DNA of 64,000 bases from Phoronis australis. Taxonomy: Eukaryota > Animalia > Phoronida. The notes below the pieces were generated by a model. That model made no database searches. It was not told where the DNA came from and was given only the letters and a program-made list of their open reading frames with translations. Where the stretch lies: NCBI GenBank assembly GCA_002633005.1, contig NMRA01000653.1, positions 1 to 64,000 of the forward strand. The letters are read 5' to 3'. Each line of letters opens with the position of its first letter. The stretch's first letter is position 1. Shown one piece after another: positions 1 through 11,900 of this stretch. A program made the position numbers and the translations under genes.

Positions 1-90
1 TCACCAGAGCCAAATAAAATTAGAAATTGATGAAACTTTAACCACTACCTGAACATAGTTCTTGATCACAGTTAGGCTGCAGGGCAATAA

Positions 91-393
91 CTACCCATAC
101 GAAAAAGAAAGTGAGAATCTCACTGGATTCCAGTTAGATTCCAGCTAGATTCTCACTAAATCACCAATTATAGTTAGAAATGCCAGTGAGAACCCAGTGG
201 GAATTGAACAACAGGGGCAGTCAGTGAGAATGAGTGAGAAAATGTTATGTAACAGTGAGAATCCAGTGAGAATTTTGGTCTTAGAAAAATTCTGAGTGAG
301 AATCAGTGAGAATTTCAGACTTAGGAAAAATCTTAGTGAGAATTGAGTGAGAATTTGGACTTGCCAAAATTGGAGTGAGAATTCAGTGAGAAT
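91..393. repeat. Array of about a dozen AGTGAGAA(T) motifs, probably subterminal repeats of a non-autonomous DNA transposon
   Basis: AGTGAGAA recurs near 110, 185, 223, 234, 254, 266, 295, 305, 336, 347, 373 and 385, with inverted TCTCACT copies near 118 and 152. The transposon interpretation is inference. Confidence 0.55.
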
Positions 394-1304
394 CTAAGAT
401 AAACAAACACCCTGATTGGCTGTAACTGTAGAAATTTCAGTTGAACCAGATTTCTGAATTCAAACTAAAATGGCATCAGGAATGAGCAGTTGGAGAAACA
501 GCTTGAAGATTGTTGATGTTTTTCTCACAAATATTCTGAAATTACTGAACAAAATTTAATCATAAATGATCAGTAACCATTTACTGAACCGCCAATAGGT
601 ATCGTGTGTTCCCCCATACTTGTTCAACAAAGTGGATCTTAATACTTTTGTGAATTCATTAAGGTTGATGGGTTGCTGTTTGAAAGTCTTGTTATTTGTA
701 GTTTAGATTTGGCTATTAAAGATTTTTGAAAACACATCTGTTGCTTTTCTTTCAACGTATTGTTTAGTAGCCAATGGAATGAAAGGACTCTTTGGAAATC
801 ATTTTTGTGGTTTCTTGATCTAGCCGCAAATTTGGGGGACATGTGTTGCCGCTGATGTATCTTTCCTGCTGGCAGTTTCGATAGCTCATTATACTACACT
901 AGCTGCGGTCTTAAACATCACTTAATGGGTTGGTTTTGGACAGTTCTTTGTGTACCAAAGTTTTACTGTTATCAGGTACTTTCCAAAATGCTTACTTTCC
1001 GCCATCATCAATTTGACACTCGGCTCTGTGTGAGAGCTCAGTAGACGCAAAAGTATTATTGAGTGTGGTATTGCACTGTGTAAATTCTAATATCATATCA
1101 ATTTTTTACTTCGATTTCACACTGAATCTTGCGATACCTAGTATACCACTTATATCAGCTGGCGACAATCCAGTTGTGTATGAACTGTCCTACCCTTGCA
1201 ACTTTAGGTCAAAAAAACTAAGATTTGCTCATCTAACAAACATTTATATACAAAGACAAAAGGCAAGACCCTTATCACATATTATAACGTTTTCTTTTCA
1301 ACAG

Positions 1305-1676
1305 GGCTTGGAAAAGACCAACACTGAATTAAGGAAAACGATAGCTAAGCTTGACAGTTCGTTGGAGGAGTGTGCCAACCCAGAAGGCTATTACTTGCAC
1401 CTGCCCTGCAACGCGGAGTTGTCTCCTCCGAGCTACGAGGATCTCGAGGGTTTTGATCCGAAAAGTGGCACGATTGCTATGAAGATTCCTTTCATGAGTG
1501 TGGGTCAAGTTTGCCTCTTCTTGAATACTCTCGGTCTTCAAGAATACACTGAAAAGTTGCGTTCAGAGCTAAAAGATGGCAGTATGTTACTGCACTTGGC
1601 TAAGGAGGTCATGGTGGAAGACATGGGAATGAGACCTCTGTATGCTATCACACTTTTCTCGTGGAAAGATAGATAA
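1305..1676 (+). CDS. Terminal exon encoding a C-terminal SAM (sterile alpha motif) domain; upstream exons not identified in the window; possibly decaying
   Basis: Strong acceptor ttttcttttcaacAG ends at 1304, in phase 0 with ORF 1059-1676. IPFMSVGQVCLFLNTLGLQEYTEKLRSELKDGSMLLHLAKEVMVEDMGM fits the SAM pattern (V..FL..LGL..Y...F....IDG..LL.L....L..LG). Stop TAA at 1674-1676. Confidence 0.6.
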   Translation, partial: GLEKTNTELRKTIAKLDSSLEECANPEGYYLHLPCNAELSPPSYEDLEGFDPKSGTIAMKIPFMSVGQVCLFLNTLGLQEYTEKLRSELKDGSMLLHLAKEVMVEDMGMRPLYAITLFSWKDR

Positions 1677-2996
1677 TTGTATTGAAGAGCCACAGGGTTT
1701 TGAGTAAGCCGGTCACGTTTCGTTTTTGTTTGTACGAGTTGCCTGCACTCGGTGCGTTTTACTCAAAGGCCCGACCGTAGCCAGAGGAAGTCAAAGTGTA
1801 AAAACGCAACCAGTCAGCAGTCTGTCATTATCTCGCGTGTTTCCCAATTTTGAGGATATTTGTTAGCCAAAGGTTTTCGAAGAAGTGTGGAAAGAAGTGT
1901 TTTGAAACACACATAGATTTGATTGCTATCCATCTTATAACTGCTATTAAGCCAACGTTACAAGATTACTACTGACCCACTGTCGATGATCACTTTGTAA
2001 GACTTCATTGCAGGTTTGTGTCATTTGACAGTAGGCTATACTGCACTTATCTCAATATGTGTGTGTCTCGCATAAAGTACCGTGCAAAAGTATTTTGACG
2101 CAGTGCAGTTTCTAACATGGCCCATGTTTCTTCCAGATTGGCTCACTATCGGCTTGAAGACGTACATGTATATGTCAACTTCCCAGTACCCACGTTTTTT
2201 CTAAACTGATCCTAGTTTTTTGGAAAGCATGGCGATATTGCGGTTCCAAATACATAGACATACCCTTGTATGAAAATTTCTTTCCAGTGTGTATCGTTTT
2301 GCATTTTATACGACCGTCCGTAGCCCTGCTGTTAAATTAATAAATCATTACCTTTGGTATGCGTGTGGTCGGTTCATTTGCAGTCGGGTAGTGACGTAAA
2401 ACATCACTCCGTCACGCGGATGTTATCTTTTCCATCATTCAGCCACTTGGTGTCACTTCGCTACATCTTCGTGCTAATATCTACCAGAACTGGACTGTTT
2501 TCTGTACACTTTCTTTTTTTAGAAATGCACTGAACCCCAAGCGAAATTACGCGAGTGAAAAGCGATTTTTTCGCGAAAATGTGTGGGAGTGGTTTGGCTG
2601 GCCTTAGCAAAATGGCGATCACTGAAGTACTTGGTCGGCGAGGTAGAAGAGTCGAGTTGTGCGATTAACTGTTTTCGTTTCGAAAGCACTGATTTTTTGT
2701 CGCGAGTGCAATTTGTTGTCTAACGCTCTACTGCAATCTGTAACGTTTTGAGTTCTAGTTTGTCTGATCTGTCAAACAATTAATTAAAGATTATTTACAT
2801 GTACGAGTTTCTGGTACCTTAGTCAGTCCTCCGCCAAATTGGCTTAAACCTGTGGAGTGATCATCAAAAAGATCAACATATTCCATTGACAGTGTGGTCA
2901 TTCTAGAAACGACCTCTTTTATATTACGATACATTCCAAACACGTTCAATCTGACATGGCAAAATTAAACAAGTGTTGAAGAACAGCTTAACTAAG

Positions 2997-5900
2997 TTAC
3001 TGATCTGCCTTCTTTAGTACATCTCCGTGTCCATCCCAGCATTTTTTCGAGCCATCGCACAACACCACAAGGTACCCTTTCCATTTTTTGTAAGCAAGTG
3101 TTAGGGAGTGCGCATGCCCGTTGTCGATAGTCGTCGTAACAGTTACTCGCTTCCCCGCCTTCAAATCTTTGATGTCGTCAGGTGACAAAGTCAACAGATG
3201 CGAATGCTCACCAGGAGGATCTCTGACAGTCACAGGAAGCTCATAAGTTAGCGAATCCTAGCGGGAAGAAAAATGTGCCAAAATGTGATTCTTGATGAGG
3301 TCAAAGTTTTACAAAGTGCCTGGATACTGTCTAGCAAACCATGTTATGTTGTGGAATTTTGAGTGGCTACTTCCCATCGTCAGTCGACACTCCTGGCCCT
3401 AGCTCAAAGGTGGGACACGTCCTTTCCCTTGACATAAGCTACAGTGTAAATAAACACCAGTAGAGCCCAACCAAACTTCAGTAAACATGGTCAATATTTT
3501 GATTTATTTCAATTAAACAAATTTGATTCTTTCACAACAAAACATCCGTGTTTTTTCACATGACCACAGTAGGATATATAGAAGCCGCTGCTTTAGTTGT
3601 TTTTTCACTTGTATTTCGTGAGTTACGATAATCTAGTTTGTCATTTTTTCTTACGTCAGTTCCGTTAATTTTCTGCCCGGATGTAAAAGTAGGAGCTTTA
3701 TAAAGCATATGGCCGTAGCGAGAAAGATCCATGACAACGTCCTTCAAAGCGTCAATTTCCTTCCATATAGCACTACCTGAAAGAAGCATCAATGGCAAAC
3801 GATTTCATGAACAACTTTTTTGAGAAAATTCTCTTAGACGATATGTTAACCAACAATCATCGTATCAGTTCCTAACTTTATTTAAGAAATAGTGGTAAAA
3901 ATGCACTCATGATCAACCGTAAATCAATGTTCCAAAACAAAAATGTCTCTATCTCTTACAAAGGTTTTTATATATGGTAGTTCAACGTTAATTACAAATT
4001 TAACAGGTGTCTGACGCATTTAGAGCCCAAAACTCTCTGTACTTCAGGTGTGCATCATAACAAACAAACTACACAGTTTGAAATTTTCTTACCTTCTGCG
4101 TGCACCGGCATGATGGGATACCTTGTCCTCAATGAACCCACGCCAGGAATGTTGGGTAACATAGCTCTTGTACCGGCGGCTCTGACAGCTCGCAGGTTAC
4201 CTTTGCGATCCAGCACGCCATATGCGCCACCACGTGTTGTGTCGGCAGGATCTTTCAGAAGCTGGAAGAGTCGCACACACAGACAGGATAGGATTTCACG
4301 TGAGATTTGGAAGGTAATAATAATTTTAGATGCTCTCAGAGCCCTCAGAATAAGCAATAACCTTTATCTGGCAACAGTGCAGGTTGGCACGATCTATATT
4401 ATTTAGAGACTAGTTTAAGAAGCCAAACCACTACGACAGTTACCACTTATGATGTAAACATGTTTAATACAAAACAAAAGTTTCACCTATATCACCGAAA
4501 GGAACTGATAGACTTCGTGGCCAAAAGGAGGCCTCTCATGAGTTTCACCGTGTTTGTCAGTGCTGTAGTGGGGCGTAGGCTTACGTAAACGGAACCAACC
4601 ACCTTTTGGCATGTGTGCGTAGCGCCTACTCACCGTAAGTTACGTTCCGTGCTCAAGGTGATGCGGTGGGCTCTGGGCGCCTACTTACTTCTAATTTTAC
4701 CACTACAGCACTGGTGTTTGTGCATAGGGGGAGCGGCTTTTTGACCTTTCTAGTTTGATGACCAGCAAACGATACTGTACCACATTCACTCTATTACCTC
4801 TTTACCGCTGTAGAACTCGTCTGGGGTGATGATGTGCAGTTTGCTGTGAGTTCCGTTGTAGGCGAGTTCGGGCTTCAACCCCCCATTGCGTCTACCACCG
4901 TTGCTCTTCGGCCCTCCGGCATACACAGTCTCGATGGTCTTAGATTTTTTGCTGTAGACTCCCTTGAAGTAGTACACCAATACTCAAATTTAACGTATAT
5001 ATTAGAATTCCTTAGGAGGAAACTCGTTCCTCGAATCTAGCTTTTATAGACTACTAATTGGTTATGCTTAATCTGTTTGAAATTCCTGTCAATTTGGAGG
5101 TACCGACGACGTTTCAGGTGGTCATTCTTCAGCACAATTGCCTTCCTGCATAAAAAAGATCTCTTAATGGATTGGTTCTACTTGCAAAGAACTTTTGAAT
5201 AAGAAAGTCTTTTAGTGGTATAAAATGCTAATCCAGCAACAGTAATACATAAGAACTGCTTGGAAGGTTTTGGGGTGAAAGTACTGAAAAGAGGCAATTG
5301 ACACAAGGCATTCTGAGAGCTTGACAACCAATTTTTTCGATATTTTCAGTTCTTCGTGTACGGTTTACAAGTTGTAACCATATGCCCGGTGTGCAAAGAT
5401 GCTGTAGCTTATAAACCAAGTTCGCAAACGACACATGGCGAGGTGATACTAAGACTCTCCAACTAGAACTCGATTTTATAACTGTACATGGGATTCAAAC
5501 GCATTCTTCTTTGCAAACCATTGCATATAATCGTGCACACCACCAAACGCACTCTCATCGAGTTTGCATTTAAGGGGAGGGGAGGGGGTAATCGCCGCTG
5601 CTTTGCTGTCAGCGTTAAATTAACAACGGAAGCACTTTGTTGTTTAAAAACATTGCAAGGTCGGGAGGCAGAGAAGAGTATTAGCCAGGATTTTGCCAGT
5701 CAGACATTCGCACCCCCGAAATGTCAAATGGAATAAGGGAGAAGTATAGGGGGTGGGCATGCCCCCCTTGCCACTACGTTGCAACGTACCAGTATGATCA
5801 ACGTAACTAAGCAAAGTATGCAGTTATATGTAACGATTCGCCATCAAGGAAATTCCTACTATCATTGCAGTAATTCCCGGCTGGAATATCACTATGTATA

Positions 5901-8900
5901 GCTAAACATTAAATCATATTCGTTTGTCTACGTGTACCTTATATTTAAGATTGTATGGGTTCCACTTGTAGAGCGGCGTCAAGTATATGATTTCCAACGG
6001 TATGGCATAGGTCCAACGTTGAGAGATCTCTGTGCACTTGCCTCGCCGGGGACAATCTCTATACTTCATTGGTGCCACCTACAAGACAAAGCTAACATTA
6101 TCACGAGAAACACGATTCGCAATTTTTTTCACGTATTTGCTGTGATATAACTCCATGGGTCATTAGAAAGCTTTACAAACGGGGAGGATTCATACAAGGG
6201 TGGACTTGCACTGGATATTCGTCTTATAAGCCTACTACGGGATTATATGACAGCGCGCTGAACGTTGTGATCTGTTCCACGTAATGGCATATTTGCGCTA
6301 GCCAGTTCAGTGACAGGTTGCAAGCGAGAAAAGAGGTTGGTTTGGCCTAGATTGGCAAGCTAAGACGTTAAAACCCGACAGTTGGGTGAAGGCATGCACT
6401 CGAGGTTAGTTGGTTGATACCTACGACGGTTCTGTAGTCGCAATGTGTACTCTTCTGGACAGCCATATAGTTCTGACTGTCTTTTTGTCTGCCTACCTTC
6501 TAACCTGTGTGCATTGCATTGTGGAACATCAACGTAAGAACAAGAAGATGTAACTGAATAACTGTACATGTATATGTAGAATCCAGGGTCTTGAGAATTA
6601 GGGTCCATTTGTGGCGGGCCGGGAATCAATGGGTCTCTCCATAGGGTATTTTCGGACTTACGCATCGTTGTACTAATAAATGGATCCGATTTTTAGAGCT
6701 TATCCCGCGCGTCCACTTCAAGAGTACCCGTTATCTATGGAATATCCTCAACGTCTCCTCGGGACATTGTTTATTGTTGTCAGATGTCCAAACAAACCCC
6801 CAATATTTTAGACATTCATGTATATTATCCTAAAGCTAAACACACAAAAAGTGTTGGTTAAACGTTAACGGCACGTGACGTTGACGCTTTCAACGCGTGC
6901 ACAGCTACTGTAGATGCCTGTAGCTGTCAAAACTACTCTCAGACGCATTCATTTGGAGTCGTCACACACGCCGACGCTAAAAGTGCTGCATAGTTACAAC
7001 CCTTGCGCTTACCTTCGGCTGAGTCGTCATTGCAGCCCACATGTTTACGTCGGCATACCCGCGTGAACGCGTCTTCAGTCCCATCGCTCCTCTCTTGTAC
7101 GACTTAAAGTAGCGATGGTAGTAAGCTTGGAATGGATCAAATACATTTTACTTAGTTCCCTGGTAATACCAAGTGAAACACGAGACTTATATTGTATCCA
7201 CCTCCAACTAAAGTAGAAACACGCTGGAGGTTGCATCAGCATAAACGTGGCACGTTAAATTGACACTATGTTAAACATGGGGAATCAAAATTCATTAATC
7301 GTTGTGACTCTTCTATGGGACCATCTTTATTTCAAACACCTCCTAGTTTTATAAAAATGAAAAGCAGCTAATTGTACTTCCTAATATTCCAAAAAATATA
7401 TTTTAACAAAAAGAAAGCATTCAAAGTTCTTCTACCGCTGAAAAACTTAGACGTTTGGGCTATGACATTACGGTGTTTTCCCGTTGCTCCCAACTTGTTC
7501 GATTCTATAGCCCAACAATGAGTTGGGAAGTTTACCCCAGTAGCCAATATTTTACACGACTGATTTACTCCATTCTGGCATTCATGGTTAGAGGGCCAGC
7601 TCTCTTTTATTCGATAATTACTCTAATCTTCAAGAAGGTCGTATCTAGTATGACTGTGCTGGGCTGTTAAAAATAAAAGTTAAATTATAATATATTTGAA
7701 CATAAACCAATGGCATTTCTGAAATCCTCGTCTAGTGGTGATCATGTTTACTTTTTGAATCGCAAAAATCGCCCAACTGCAGAGGAAAGTTACGATAAAC
7801 AATTCTTACTGAATGTACCAATTCACTCTAGGTTTGAGGGTGTTCACACGTGGTCTATAATAAGCCTGGAATACAAATGGCCTGCCTGTTGTCATAACAG
7901 ACAAAGGACTTTGCTTGGCAGTTAATAAAGAACTTTCGTCTGGTAAAGGCACTGAACGGGAAAACGCTGTCATGAAAAGTGGTAATCGTGGTGATGAATG
8001 CCGCTGACAACGAGGCTATTGACGGCGGAGGTGGGAACGGTGATAAAATGATTGACAGCTTACCTGCGTTTACAGGCTGATCAGTTTTCAGATGATAAGC
8101 GGGGTCTCCCATGGCGTTATCAGTCAATTTAGCACCAGCGTTGTCTTTGCCTGGTATCTGTTCCATGAGTCTGTCCATGAATCCATACCTGTTGAAAAAC
8201 TCAGGCAATTACGGCACCAGCAAAAAGAACAATGAATAGTCACGGCAAGGGTTACCAAGATTGCAAATAGGTGAAATTGCCTTTGGTGACTTAGCTCCTA
8301 GGGAAACACATGATTTCCACCACTGTTCTGTCAACTTTCCCACTCTTTGTTCATGACTATGGTTGCTCCTCCACTGTTCTCTACCACTGTGCTCAGATTC
8401 ATCTTAGCCTCTTTTCCAGTGTTCATTTTTACACATAGGTGGCGCGGTGGCATAGGTGAGACTCATCTCTATATTTTATTTTTGTGGATTCTATTAAAAT
8501 ACTTATGTGTTCGCTGACCATTGTATCCTATGTTAGGCCGTAATTCGCGGCAGTCAGGTTTCGTGAGTCAACGCAGGAATTCGGCGGTACGCCACTGGGC
8601 AGCCATGTCTTAAAGCTGATGGCTTGAGTTTGGGGTACAGTTAAATTTCAGATTCAACCTACTTTTGTATGTTGTAATTCTAAACAAATTATGATCTTTG
8701 ATCCGCGTAATAAACATTAAAAATATTTGATCCGTGTGCAAAATGTCCTTGATCCCATGCCCCTGCAGTCTCTAACAAAAACCACGATTATTTTTTTGGA
8801 GGATCCAAATTATTTCAGCAACATTACGCGATTTCGACACTGGCGACAAAAATCAATGACAATGAAACCCATGGATTCAACGAAAACAGACCCAGTATGT

Positions 8901-11900
8901 TACATGTTTTGCAATCAAGCAGGTGTCCATGAAGACTGGTTCTGAGTCAAATTTTCATGTATTTTCTCCAGGTAACACTTGCATTGGCATCACTTGCCTT
9001 TAATGCTGATTTACTAAAGGTACAGAGTAGGTTTGACAAAACTGCAGTCCATCAACTGGTCATAGCTTTTTTAGAAAATGAACTCTCAACTCACTGCGAT
9101 GAACCCTCCGAGTCCGTCCACGGCTTGTCGTTCGAGTTGAGCTGGAATCGCGCAGCACGTGAATTCCGATGGTTTGCCATCGAGCTACCGAACGCCATGC
9201 GGGCACCGAGATCATTCACAACCCTGAATCTATTCAGAGGAATATCGTCCTTAAGCGGTTGGCATAAGATGCGGTAGTTCCACTGGGCGTAAGATGGGAC
9301 ACCTTCATCGCTGACGTCCCACAATGTTGTGGGCAGGTAAGCAAGATTCTCATTTCCACTTTTGCGACCTTCAACGCAAATTCAAAAAATTCCAAAAGAA
9401 TATTAACCAAAGAACATTGTATTGCCGCCAAGCAACTGAGGGATAATGATGACATTGTTATTAGAAAGTCTAATAAGACCACTGCGCAAGTCATAATGAA
9501 TAAGAAAGAGTACAAAGAGAAGTCTAAATAACATCATAGCTGACAAGTCAAAGTTTGAGAGTATAAATCTTAACCCCGTAAATAGTCTTAAGAAAGAGTT
9601 AAACCGTTTCATTACACTAGCTAATGTTGACAAAAAGTATTTCAAAATTGTTGAGGGTGATTATCAGAACGATACTTGTACGGTAACCCTAAAACACATA
9701 AGCTAGGGTACCCACTAAGACCCATCATTTCTCAAGTGTTAACCCCCTACCTAGGAACCAGTCTCTATCGGATTCCTAGCCCCTACCTATGAAATTGCTA
9801 AAACATTAGATAAACTTATTAAACAATACTTACCTTATAAGTACTATGTGAAATCTCGTGATGAATTTTTAGATTTGTTAAGATCTATTGACGCAACACT
9901 AAATTCCTACCCTGTATATCTTGACGTTGAAAGTTTATTTACTACCGTCCCTCTTGTCGAAACAGTAGAAATTATAATATCTTCAAAGCATAGCCATTTA
10001 ACTGTCGTCGCACCAACGGATTGGTGCGCACGTATAGAAAATGCCCAGCAGGGCTCTAGCAACTGTCAAGGGCTATAGTTAATACCTGAGTAAGACATGT
10101 ATCTTATCTTGTCTTGTAGTTCAAACCACGTGCTTGCGTCGATAAAATGGCGGTCACTTGTGAACGACTCCTCAATCTTGTCACCTGACAGTGTCCATGC
10201 GCCTACAACGTGACACGAAGGTCAACGGAAAGCCAGCTGCAGTCACTCCAACATATTTGTGTGGAAAGAAGGCGATATTTTAAGATATATGCTAAAGTGC
10301 CTGTGCCCATGTCAAGTACCAGATTTCTCGTTTGTTTGTTAGTTATTTAGGCATGAATATCCGCTTAGGTAGCTACAGTTCAAACATTTAGTTTGTCTTA
10401 TAACAATATTTTTGCGCCTTGAAAGACACCGAGAAATTTAAAATTGATGTGATTTTTTTTCGAAGGTCCATAACAAATGTCAAAAAACAAATAAACTATG
10501 TACAAGATGAACTTTACCTCTGTTTCTTAAAGACATATTTAAATTGGTTGAAGAAGCAAAAAGATGTTTTAAACAATTCCTGAGGAAAATACCATGTCGC
10601 AAGGACTAATACAGTGAAATCCAATTTCCCTGTGACTGCCAATATTTCCAAAACAATCACAAAGCTCACGGTTTTCGAAATACTCGTGAGGGAAATCCTC
10701 TGTTGTTACCACAGAATTTCTAATCTCTCCCCGCGCTTATGGTAAATGCACGCATGCGCTTACAGTCAGTTCCTTGACGTCAGATTTTCCATGTAAGGGG
10801 AACATGTTACGTCTATTTCTTGCCATACAAAATAAGGAGACGTGCTTTGCCGTGGGGAAGAAAAATCGACAAAGTGTTAAACAGGTGACAGATCTTTTTT
10901 GAAATTTGAAACTAAAAGAAAATGCTTTGATATGAACAGACATTAAAATAGCACTGCGCGAGGTTTGTGGTATGAAGTTGTATCTCCTAGCGTGCGCAGT
11001 GTAAAAAGGCCGTTTCCGATTTCGGGAACTGAACGAAGGACTGCTCGAATGAAAAGTTTGATAACGGGAGTATTTTTTCGAGTTTGAAGGGATGTGAGAC
11101 ATTGACGGTCCCCTAATGTGTAATTCATGCGCAACAGGTAGACTACTTTGATGTTTTAATCAGGGTGATGCATAATTCGCCGAAAAGCTCCCGGAGTATA
11201 GACCTTCACAGTTTCTACAGGCTAGCTAGAGACGGTAGTCAGCGTCTAATATAGCATGCGCTAAAATTACAAAAGAAGGGAGGCGGAGTCGTCGGACACA
11301 CTTATCGAGTGTTTCTGGCAGTCTGCTTTCCGTAACAGGTATTCTGTTGGATTGGATTTGGATTAGCAAACTAAAATATAACTCCAAAACGTAACCGTGT
11401 AAATTATGAGCTCGCCCGGTAAACATTGTTTAGTGATCGGATGGTAGACACGAAAATTTCTATTGAATGGCGGAAGCAAACAGCTTTGGATAGTCTGATG
11501 CGCAATGCGTCTCTTAAAGGTATTGTATATCGCAATACCCACAGGAAGTGGTGGCGTGTATACGGGAGAAATGGAAATGTTACGCGTGATTTTAAATAAC
11601 AATGACCGCTACACGAGGTTTTTTCGACCTCCTGTTTGGCGACCTCAGAATTCATTTTCTCTAAGTCACATTTAGCGAGTTAGCGTCAAGCTACTAGAAT
11701 TGAGCATTAACTGCGGGTTCAGTGTTTGAAAAAATATATTTGGATGCCAATATCACCCACGATATCATATATTCATCAAGTCCTGGCGATAATGCAAACG
11801 CGTTTTGTGCGTGAAAATGACGCCTTAATGAAAAGTTGAATTTTTCGCTTTTGGAATCGAGTCCATTTTAACTGTTCAATTCACAAAAAACGTCCTGATA

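Noticed and set aside
10737-11655. ORFs conserved at identical length in both duplicates (121, 63, 66, 79, 83 aa) as a nested gene
   Set aside because: They overlap in several frames, lack recognisable motifs, and their conservation simply follows near-identity of the DNA tract.
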